From: Lama glama | Lineage: Eukaryota | Direction: 5' to 3' | Length of the DNA: 64,000 bases | Assembly (NCBI GenBank): GCA_028534125.1 | Contig: CM052838.1 | Coordinates: 65,596,001 to 65,660,000 of the forward strand | In this document: in pieces, positions 1 to 10,900 of the stretch | Numbering within the stretch: position 1 is the first letter of the stretch | Layout of the letters: the number at the start of each line of letters is the position of its first letter | Notes under the pieces: generated by a model | Seen by the model: only the letters and a program-made list of their open reading frames with translations | What the model was told of the DNA's origin: nothing | Databases searched by the model: none | Program-made: the position numbers and the translations under genes

Positions 1-670
1 GGTTCCAGAGGCAGGTCCCAGGTTTAAGTGCCGCTGGTCTCGTTTCAGGCAAAATGACTTGTCTTGCGTTTTTCCTGGAACCCTCAGCCCTTTGGCTCTC
101 TCTTCCGCTCGCCTTTAAGCTTCCTGCAGTCAGAGCTCCACCCCGGCTGGGGGCTGCTGCCGGGGGTGGAGAAAGCATGGAAACGAGGCAGAGTGTTCCT
201 TTTTCAGGAGCAGGCCGTTGACAGACTTCCTGGGCTCACGTCGGAGCACATCAGATACTTTAACCTCAAACCGTTTCCCTCTGTAGAGGTTACGTAGTAA
301 AAACTGAACGTGACTGATTTTATAGCTCAATAGGGAAAAATGAAATTCCTGCTCACAGCCCATAACGGCTTTATTTTAAACCACGGGCTAGAGATTCAAT
401 TAAGGCATGGTCAGGGAAATGAAGACATGCTGGCCGTGTGCTTGGTGAACGCAGGTTTGCACGGGGAGCACGAGAAGGGCTGATGGCTCCTCTTCGCCGT
501 GGCTGACAAGCTGCTGTCCTGGTTCACTTGCTCGCTGGGTAGCCCGCTCACCTTCAGCCCTGAACCACAGCACTTCCGGTCGAACGGCCGTGTGCGGAGG
601 CCTCCCCAGCACTGCTGGCTTTTACCCGATGACTGTCTTTGCTGGGCTTGTTCTAAGAACTTGACCCCCG

Positions 671-740
671 CCCCCATTTTACAGCTGGGAAGCCTGAGGC
701 GCAGATGGGCCCAGAGACGGCTCGTAACTGGTCCGGCCGG
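671..740 (-). mobile_element. MIR SINE core fragment (degenerate)
   Basis: ccccattttacagctgggaagcctgaggc resembles the reverse-complement MIR core cccattttacagatgaggaaactgaggc; boundaries approximate. Confidence 0.5.
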
Positions 741-3554
741 CGCAGCGGGCAAGGAGCCCCGCGGCCCCACCGGGGCCTCCCGCTGCCCGTGCAGATCGAT
801 AGTGTTCTATTCTCAACTGTGCACTTCGGACCTGCCAGCCCACCTTCTCGGACAAGGAAGGACAGGAGCCCCCCACGGTTCCCAGGGACGCGCGGGGACA
901 GACGACCTGCTCTGTGGGCTCAGCCTTGGCCTCGCGTCTGCTTGGGCACCATTCACGTGGCATCTCTGCGGCGGTCCGCTGGTCCAGGGCAGGGCACGTG
1001 GCCTCGCTGGCAGGGTGGGCACCAGGCGCCGCCCTCCCTGGTGCTTGAGGATGTGCTCCAGGAGGCTCCCCTGAGATGGTCACGGGCAGAAACCGTGGGG
1101 CTTCAGGGCTTGAACCTTCGACCCGAGTCCAAGGACAGCTTCGTCCTGTCGTGTTCCCTCCGGCTCTAATTCCGCCTCTTTGCACATTGTTCACCTTTCA
1201 TCACTTCCTGCGGCCCCGCTCCCGCCTCAGGGGCAGGCTGCGCGTCTAGACTCACTCAGCGGCGCCCTGTGCCTTTAATGTCGCACGCACATGGCTGTCT
1301 GTGCGCAGGAGGGTCTGCCCCGGAGGGTCTGCCCCCCCGTGTCCCCCTCTGCACTCACAGCCCCCGCACTCGTGATCTGTCCTCTGTTCCTGTCCAAATG
1401 CTCCACCCTGCCCTCCTCACGGTCTCTCCAGCCCCCGAGCCCCCTGAGTTTTCTGGACCTCCATGGGCAACTCCCCAGGCTCACCGACCTGTTCTCGGAG
1501 AGCCCCCCACCAAACTGCCCTCCGTGTCCCCCTCGCTGCCTCCAGCCCCACCCACCTCCCATGGCGTTGGACCGTGTGTCAGACCCACCCCCCATGTCTT
1601 TCCTCCAGCTCCACCCCGTGACCAGTGGGCAGGCAGCATGTGAGGTCCCTGGTCACACACTGGGGCTGCGTCCCCATCCCGACGGTGCAGGGCATCGGGC
1701 TCACAGTGGTGGGACTTAGCGCCCCCCCACCTCCGGGGGGCGCCGCCCAACTGCTGCGTTGCTGGTTTTTCCCTTTGTGCCCGATCGTCCCCGTCAGCAG
1801 CCCACATGCCAGTGCCTCCCTCTCCTTATGGACAAAAAGCTCTCCTGACCCTGTATCTCCCCCGGGTTCTCAGTCCTGTGGAAATACTGGTTTCTTTTCT
1901 TTTTTAAGGAGAAAAGTGGGTATGCATGTGGCCGGGGCAGCAGGGCCGAAGTGGGGAGAGTGCAGGCGGGGGTGGACGGCACCCCTTCCCTGCGACTTTG
2001 CCAGGAGGTCGGGTCCACGTCGAGGCCACCAGTGGGATGGTTTCTCCTGGGGGCGGGGGCTGTTCATGGTTCGGCCTCAGAGGAGAGGTGAGGAAGGAGG
2101 GGTCTTTCTTTCACTTTATGGGGAGCTGCACCCGCACAAGGTGAAACGTGGGGCACAGAGGGGCTTCCTCCTTCACCTGCCTCCTTCTGGTTGGGCGGCT
2201 AGTGGTGACTTAGGGCTCTTGGTGTGGTGGCCTCTCCGTGGCCGAGGAGGGGAGGGGACAAGGATGGGGACAGCAGGGCTCCTGCATCTTTGCATGGCGG
2301 GGGGCGGGTGGGAAGTGTTACCACTGTCTCACGGGAGTGGGGGTTAACACTGAACTGTTTTGTCCTGACCCTGCGCCACCCACTGGAGGTCAGAGCACCC
2401 CTGGGAAAAGACGCTGTGATTGTCTTCCACGTCGCGGTGGAGAAGCCGGGGCTCGGGCAGGGTCAGTGACGTGGTGAGGTCTCTAGACCAGGAGGAGGTG
2501 GGTGCAGGACGTGACCGCCGCGTTCTGCTCCAGACCCGCGTCTGAGCCCCGGCTGCTCCCACCCAGCACGGGGGCCAGGGCGGAGGTGGCCTGAGCCGGG
2601 TCACGGTGCTCGTTTGGAGGTCCGTCAGGGGAGCGCTGGTGTCTGAAGCCTGAGGCAGGTGTTTGGAGGTGGCGTCCTGCAGAGCCCCGACTCACGGGAG
2701 GGGCAGAGGAGGGCGTACGGCTGCTGCTCCTCTGCTGACAGTGGTGCGTGGTCTCTCGCGGACCTCCCAGCAGGCAGATTGGATTGTGCCCCCTCTACAA
2801 GTGAGGCTTTCTCGGTGCACGTTTGCCCAAATCATGTAGCCAAAAGCTATGGGGCAGAAGACGACGCTGGTGACGCAGGGCCAGCAGAAGACCCTGAAGT
2901 GAATCGTGGGAGGACAGAAGGCTGGGGTGGGTGAAGGCGGAGACGTGTATGTGGAGCCGAGGGGTCAGAAGCCCTTGTGGATCGTGAATGGCAGTTTTCC
3001 AGCACGTGGAAGACCCCAGGACACAAATTCAGGAGTCCCGATGAGCCCCAGGCAGGAGGCAAAGGCACTTGCACCCGGACAGGCCACAGTGAGACTGGTG
3101 GACCATGGACGGGGGGCCCTGCAACGCTGCCGCGGGCAGGCAGCGGGACCCCATCCTCAGCAAAAACACCTTCAAGAATGAAGGTGCAATGGACGTTTTT
3201 ATTCAAATGAAACCCCAAAGGGACTTGTCACCAGCAGACCCACCCGAAGGGCAGTAAAGCCTGAAGGACGCTCTTCTCCAAAAGCAAAGGGCCCGGCGGA
3301 AAGACGGTCAGAGGCAGGAAGGACAGGGCGTGAGGATGGCAGACACGGGGTGGACGTGGGTGATGGCGTGTGCAGTCGAAGCAGGAGACAGGGCCACCAG
3401 CACCAGCTGCGCAGGTGGAGGGGCGAGTGGAGTCGGCTCCGTGGGCTCAGAGGGGACAGTAATGCGGGGGCTGAGGGGCGGCTCCCGGGAGCCTCGCGCC
3501 CGCACGTGCCGCTGCTCCGGAGTCTCTGGGACAGGGACTGAGTGCGACTCTGTG

Positions 3555-4085
3555 AAACAGAAAGAGATGGAAATTTCCCAGTACAATTGAAATTTAAAAA
3601 TCAATTAAACCTTTTCTGTAGCACTTTATATGCCCCAGGCGTCTCTAATGGCAGAAGGTATTCTGTAAACGGCTTGCGTTCCATGTGGGCCGTCTCTTAA
3701 AGTGCATCTTACTTTAATTATCCTATATCCATAATGCACATAACCTATTTCTCCAGGACATTTGTAAGAATGAAATTGTAATTGGAAAGCTAATGATTTT
3801 TAGAAGACAAAAGATGAAAGTCAGAGCTGTTTTAATTATGATGCAAACTCTCCACATAATTTAATTGGCATAAAACTTTATTGATTACCTTTCGTAATCA
3901 TTTAGACATGGAAAAGTGACTTAATAAATTTCATAATTAAAACTAGTTGTTGTTTTAAGTCTGACATTTTTCTTTGCCCATTACTGAAACTTCGAGTTTG
4001 CAGAAGTATGTATTATTGCAAAGAATATTCCTATTGCAAGGAATGCCGTTGTGAGAGGAAAACGCTTAGGTGATGCAGATTTAAG
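3555..4085. promoter_or_regulatory. Candidate conserved non-coding element / enhancer
   Basis: Non-repetitive AT-rich island in a GC-rich intron, dense in TAAT/ATTA sites; function inferred only. Confidence 0.55.
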
Positions 4086-7000
4086 GCGGTTTGGGGGTGC
4101 TGGCCGAGGAGGTCGGGTCAGCATTGCCCAGGAGGGTGGCGGGCACATGGCATGAGTTTGGGGATGTGGCCAGACCTTTCCCACCTGTTGTCAGCTGTCA
4201 GCTCCTGAGACATTAAACCCCGCAGAAGTCAGTAGGATTTCCCTTTTCAGAAGGAAGGTCCGAGACACTGTGAACAAAAACGGGTGATCACGTGGGTGGA
4301 GAAGGGAGTGTCGGGTCTTGGATGGACGGCATCTTCAGACGGCGTTTCCAAGATGGTGCCTGGGTGACATCCTCAGGGGCCAGCAGTGCCCAGTGCTCCT
4401 TCTGTGAAGTGTCCTTCTGTGCTGACACGTCTGACGTCCCTGACACCCGCCTACTCTCACCCACGAGTACTTCTTTGCTCTCTTCTCCCCATGACCCCCC
4501 GTGTCCCTGCTGGCCACCGTGTCCCCTGCCCTGTGCTCTCATCCCTCCCCGGGAGCTCGGTAGCTTGTGTTGGGGACGTCCCCCTGCACTTACACCTGCC
4601 CAGACCTCTGTCCTGGACTCCAGGCGTATGTCCAGCTCCGCTCGTCCAGTGTCCCCCGAGGTGTCTTACGGCCTTTTCAGCCTCAGCTTGTCTGAAGCCA
4701 ACGCCTGCCCTCCAGAGCCCACCCCGTCTCGGGTGGTGGCAGTGCCCGCTTCCAGCTGCCTGGACGGAAACCTTGGAGTCGTCCCCCAAGCCACGTCCAT
4801 TCTGTCAGGACGTCCTGGGGATGGTGCCTGTGCTCAGAAGCTGACCCTTCGTCCGAAGCCCCCGACCCTGGCTCTTAGGCCACCTGCCCGTGGAGACTTC
4901 TTGACTCCTGAGTGTGGCCGGAGACAGAGTTGGGGATGGGGTGAGGGGTTCTCTCAGGGTGGCCTCGCCCAGGTGGGTGTGGGGACACGACCTTGCAGTC
5001 CAAGGCTCTGGCATCCTCCCCCTTGTGACGCGCCCTCCCACAGCCCATCTGGGAGGCCGTCGTGAAGGGCCGTCTGGTGACGCTTCAGTCCTCCTCGCTG
5101 TGCTAACACGTTAGCAGCGCATTGACCTGGTGGGATTTGTCGTAGGGGCGGGGGGCGAGGAGGAGCTGTGCCTGCGGTGATGGCCCTCCCTGTCGGGGCC
5201 ACCTGACTGGGGACCCAGTGCCACGGCTGTGACAGGTTCAGCGCCCGGTGTCCAGCTTGCCAGCCTCCCCGGTGCTCGCCTTATAAAATGCTTTTTAATT
5301 CAGGAACAGAATATCATTAACTTTGTAAGTAGATGAATACAGTGGGCAACCAATTTAATTAGGTTCTGCTGTCGGCCGTTGGACAGGAGACGCAATGAGA
5401 TTACGGGTGTGTCTCGGGGGCAGGCGGGCAGCCCAGGGGGGCCGTGCTGAGGGTCAGACGGGGGCCTTGGGGCCGCCACTCCGTGTTTAGCTCCAGGGGC
5501 TGAAATGGAAAGTCAGTACTTTGTAAATCAGCCCCTTCTCGTTTGAGATGGTGGCAGAGCTGCTCCGAGAGGCAGGGTGGCCTCGCGACAGTGACCTGCT
5601 AAATGCACCCTTCCCACCTGCTGCCCCGCGGGCACCGCCACCTCCCATCAGGTCGCCCGCCGGAGTGTGTTACACAGGAGATCAATGAAGCTCTACATTG
5701 ATTCAAACAAAAGCCTTGTTTCATTTATTATTGTTTATAATCTAATGAATGTTACAGTAACTTTGCTTTGATTTATTACTCAATCTGTTAAATTGTTTTA
5801 AAACCAGGAGTCTCAGGGCTTACTCCTGTGAAGTGCTGTTCCCCTTACTGGTAAAAAGTGTGTTATTTTTTACAGTCGTGCTCAGCCTCTTGGAAGGCTG
5901 GAGGCCACGTGATGGGCTGTCCCTTGAAGTCGAGCAAACAGTCCCACGTGTTAGCTTGGGAGCCACTCACCCGTCGCTCCTCGGGGTGCCCTGCGTCTCC
6001 ACATCTCCCCCGCTTAACCAGGAGTCGGCAGACTCCTGCCATGTGTGGTGGTTGTGCTGGGACTCAGAGGTGACCAGGCCGTCCTCAGGGAGTGTGTTCA
6101 CAGAGCCACTGTGGAGCCCAGCTCCAAAGGCAGATGGAGCGGCCGGTGTGGCTGTGCACCCCAGTGGCGACTCTGGCGAGGCAGAGACCGTCTGCAGGCA
6201 GCTCGAGGGTCCCGGCGACGCCCGGGCGGGTGGGACCGGGGCTTCAGATTGCGTCCCCGCCGTGTTCCCTGTTAACACGGTGGGCACCCAGTACCCACTT
6301 CCGAGCCCTGGAGGCCTGGTTCTGTGGTGGGAACTCAGGCCTTCCAGTCCCGTAGCTGTGCCTCGAAGCCGTCCTGCGGCTGGCGGTCAGGGCCTCCGCC
6401 CTGCGTCCACTGTTCTCGCCGACACACCTCGAGGCTGGACTGCGCTTGACTGCTGGGAGGTCGATAGCGCCCCTGACAGCCCGGCGTGTACACGTGCGAA
6501 GGTGTTTTCATTGTTCTTGGCCAAATGGGCAAGGAGTCAGTGTTCTCAGAGCTGGTGAGCACCTGCTGACAGGTGTGGGGTCAGGGGACCCCGAGCCAGG
6601 CCCGTCGGCCGTGCAGGGCCCTCCGGACGTCCTCGCGGCCTGTGGGAAGGGCCCCGAGATGCGGGAAAAGTTGGGTTGAACTTCGACTTTGCATGCTCAC
6701 CAGAGCTAACTGTGGGTTCCTGACTGAATTACAGTTGCTGTTCCTGCACTGGCAACTTATTTTCCGTTTATTTATTGTGAACCTCTTAGTATTGTATCAA
6801 CTTTAACATTCGATGAGGTGATGTTTAAAATCTTTGCAACCACGTTTCTTTTCTTGCGCTTCTCCGGAGTGCTCTGTACGTGAAACACATACCGTCCGTG
6901 GAGCAGCTGTCAGGTCCACTCACGGGCTGCTCCTGCGCCTTCCTGAGTCCACGTGCTGCCTGTGCCCGCCACCCCCTTAACTGGGACGGGCCCAGCCGCA

Positions 7001-7866
7001 CGTCCTCGGGTGTGTGCGGCGGTGCCCCCGCTCCTCTGTCAGAGGGTGCGGAGCCGCTGCTGGACTCGGGGGGAGGGTAGGGGGCAGCGGCGGGCGCGCT
7101 GTTTGTTCTGCGCTTGCTCCGCGGGGCGTCTGTCAGCACCAACAGCGCACCTAAGTCCCCGTCACACACACGGGTACACGTGGAAAGAATGTGTAACCAC
7201 ACACATGCGTTAAGTTTGATTTCCAGATAAAGAAATGATTGTTGGTATCAGAGGTCGCCTTCCTGCCCCGGCCCAGCCCTGACACTTCGGTCTTTTCACG
7301 GGTGGGGTGAGCAGGACCGGACCCACCACCCGGAGTGGCTCCCGGCACCCGGCAGGCACTCCCTGGCCGCGTGTTCAGTTGACCGTGGATGGGCAGGGCT
7401 GGTGGCACTGGGGGTTGGGGGGAGCGGGGCTGCCGCTCAGTCCTGAGGGGCGTGAGGGTGAGGAGCGAGGGGCTGGACCCGCGGAGGACGGCCGGGCTCT
7501 GGTGGAGCAGGTGGGAGCCAGGGAGCCAGGGCCGCAACAGGGACTGCCGTGCTGCCGTGACCGAGCCCGGGGTCCTGCACCCAGGACCAGTCCCTCTCCG
7601 CCCAGACCCTTGCCCGCTGCTCCGCACAGCCCGCGCAGCAGACGGGGGACCGCGGGCCGGCGTCTGTGGGGGAGGTGTTGGCAAGGAGCGGAGCTGATGG
7701 TCCCCGGGGTCGGGACGCGTGTGGTTACACCCCAAGTCTCGGGCTGTGGTTAAACTGCAGGCAGTTAAAGTCTTGGTCTCGTGCAGTGGAGCTTCCGGCC
7801 CATCGCACGAAGCTGTTTTAGGCATGTTCTCCTGGGGTCTCACTTATTTCTCTTTTTGCTCTACAG

Positions 7867-7930
7867 GCACTAGGAAGTTTTTATTTTCTTCACGAATCCT
7901 TAAAAAACATCTACCAGTTTGACTTTAAAG
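7867..7930 (+). CDS. INPP5A: INPP5A coding exon (exon 5 by human numbering): ALGSFYFLHESLKNIYQFDFK
   Basis: Acceptor tttttgctctacag|GCA, donor AAAG|gtaaga; 64 nt; ends in phase 1, completing GCT (Ala) with the next exon. Confidence 0.96.
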
Positions 7931-10900
7931 GTAAGACTCCATGCTGTCCTTTGCTGTCTCCTGGGGGTTTCTGTCTTGGGGCCCCCAACACCCTGCCCGC
8001 TGGTCTGGCTTCTCCGGGTCCCCTCCGCCCAGTGCCCCTGCAAGAGGGTGTGTGCTCTGGGTCTGATCGAGTCGTTTGCTGCAGTCACTAAGTGGGGAAT
8101 CATTAGAACCCCTGGCTTTCTGGAGTTTCTGAAACCAAGATGACAGGCCTGCCCTGGACCACCCCCCCAGCCGTCCTGCCCCGTTGCCGTCCGTGCCGCT
8201 CCCGGGACGAGGCGCAGGCGGGGGCTCCGGCTCTCCAGAAGCGGAGCTAGAGGAGAAGGAAATGGCTCTGTATGTTGTATCGGGGCTCCTGTCAAACGGA
8301 AGATAATGAAAAACAGAAACGCGACTGGAGGAGGGCGTGTTTCAGGAAGAGACGGGCCAGGGGTGTGTTTGCAGCAGAGCAGGAAGTGTAGCCTGTGTCT
8401 AATGGGTGACACCACGTGTCTGTGCTGAGAAGACACCCCCCCCAGTCTCCTGACACAGCCCTCGCCTCCGTCCTCTGACTCGGGGGCGTTCAGGCTGTGC
8501 CCCAGGCCTGAGGGGTCCCAGTGCCTGCCTGTCCGGTCTGCGGAGTCTGCGTGTCGACCTTCCGCGTGCCGCTGTCTCTGCGTGTTTCATAGAGTCCTTC
8601 AGAGCCCCCCATGTTGGGCTGTGGAGCCAGGTCACGTTAATCAGAAAGGCCACTGAGGGCGCGAGAACTGGGGGCAGCTACTCGTGTCGGTTTGTTCAGA
8701 CTCGTCCTCACTCACTCACTCACTCGAGACAGATCACTCTCCCCAAGGCTGGGGGCCAGCGTCGTCTCCAGACTGCTTGAGAGGTGATGTCATCCACATT
8801 GAGAGCAGGGTTCTAGCCGGCAGGGGGGCTCTTCACTGCCCTGTTGCCTGGGGGTTCTCTGACGCTCGAGATACAGCCTCTGGCTTCCCGCTGAGGAGCC
8901 TGGGGTGGCCGAGCAGACGGGGCGGGAGCCCGGGCTCGGGTTGCTCTCCCCACCATCTCATGCCGGACCCCCGATGTCTGCAGGTCGTGTTCGCGGGCAG
9001 CAGGCTGGGAGCAGACAGGGACGGTCAAACACAGCAGGCCCAGGTGAAGCTGGAAGCAAAACGGGTTATGTTTCTAATAAACCTGCACCTCCAGCTTAAA
9101 CATCTACCAGATCTGCTGAACTTCTCCCGTTTGCAGGTCACCATTTGCATACGTGTTGTATTGCTAAGTCGGACTAGTCATGAAGTGCCTGGCCAGCCCC
9201 ACAGTTCACTTAAACCTGTGCATTAGGTGCATGTTAGACGCACGGTAGGGGGCAGCAAGCCCCCTCCAGGGCCGGCCCCGCTGTCGCAGGCAGGAGCTGT
9301 GATGCGGTGGTCGGCGGCTGCGCCCTGAGCCCACGAGCCCGGCGGGAGGCTTGCCGGTCTCTGAGCGCCCCGGCGTGCGCAGGGCGGGCGTGGCTGCTGT
9401 CCCACAGCGCCGGCGCCGGCGGGGCCTCGGGCTGCCCTTGCTCTTCTGCCTGGAACTGAGCTACAGCAAGAGCAATCCAGCATTTGTGATGAGTTGGAAT
9501 GAATTTTAAAAAGAGATAGCCTGAATTTTAACACGTTGGTTCCTACCCAGAAATTTAAGAGGAAAAGGGGCGAAAGGGACTTCCGGTTTCTGGTCCAACA
9601 CATGAAGAGCTTGGAAGTTGTCACTCCCATCCTCATGATGAGAAAAAATCCAAACAGGCTGCAAATAGATCCCTTAGACCCCTCAGAGAAGCAAGGTCAC
9701 AGGGCAAACTGATGCCCCCCAAAGCAGAGGAGAATCTGGGCCTCCTGGGAGCGGGGACCACCACAGGGGCCGCTGGTCTGGACACTGAAGGAAGGCTGTG
9801 TGATGCTGGGGGCCGAGTGCAGGCAGCTGGTAGGAGAAGCGCCGGGGCCCAGCCTGAGGGCTGTGCTGTCCTGGGCTTTACCTGCAGGACCTCACCATGT
9901 TCTCATGATGAGTGTGAAGAGAGGTCTCCATGTGCCTCTAGTGAGGGAGGGGAAAGCAGTGTTTTGAAACGTGCCCAGAGCGCTCTGCTCTCCTTGAAAG
10001 GCCTGCCCTCAGGAAAAACCATTTCACCAGAACCCAGAGTGTTGGCATCTGATCAGGGCCTAACCAGGGGGAGGGAGACAGACAGTTCTGGCCTCCTCCA
10101 GCCTTCCTGCTGCACTGGAGATTAGACACAGAGCAGACTGAATCCGCAGTCAGCAGGAGAGAAGAAAGCATGCAAAGCGAGCACAGATGAGTGGGAGTGA
10201 AGACACTCAGTGGAGAGCACTAATGACACCAAAAGCTGGTTCTTTGAAAAGATCAATAAAATTGGTAAGCCATTAGCCGAGCTAACAACAACGAAAAGAG
10301 CACAAATGACCGACATTAGAAATGAGAGAGGGGCTGTCAATACTGATCCTGTGGACACTAAAAGGACAAAAAGGTTTTTAAGAAAAAAACTATTCCTATA
10401 AATTTGATAACTTATATGGACCAACTCCTTGAAAGGAACAGTCTACCAAAACTCACTCAAGGCTTGCTGGAAAATGTGAATAGATCTTTATCTACTGAAA
10501 GAAATTCAACCAATAATTAATAACCTTCTACATAAGAAGGCATCAGGCCAGACGGTTTCACTGGTGATTTCACCAGGCATTTAAGGGCGACGTTATACCA
10601 ATTCTCTGAAGTCTCTTCCAGGAAACAAAAGTAAAGGGAAAACTTCCTGATGCATTCTGTGAGGCCGGCATTGCCCTAATACCAAAACGAGTTGAAGATA
10701 CCACGAAAAGGGAGAACTACAGACCAGTGTTTCTCGTGAACATAAAATGCAAAATCCTCAACATAATGTTAGCAGCTTAAAAGCAACAATGAACAAGAAA
10801 AATTGTACACCAGGGCCAATTCAGATTTATCCTGGCGTACAAGGCTGGTTCAACATTCAGAAATCAATTAATGGAAGCCATCACATCAATGGGCTAAGGA

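Noticed and set aside
1-7866. Upstream INPP5A exons, start codon or promoter
   Set aside because: No sequence encoding the N-terminal part of the protein was found; this stretch is read as intron.
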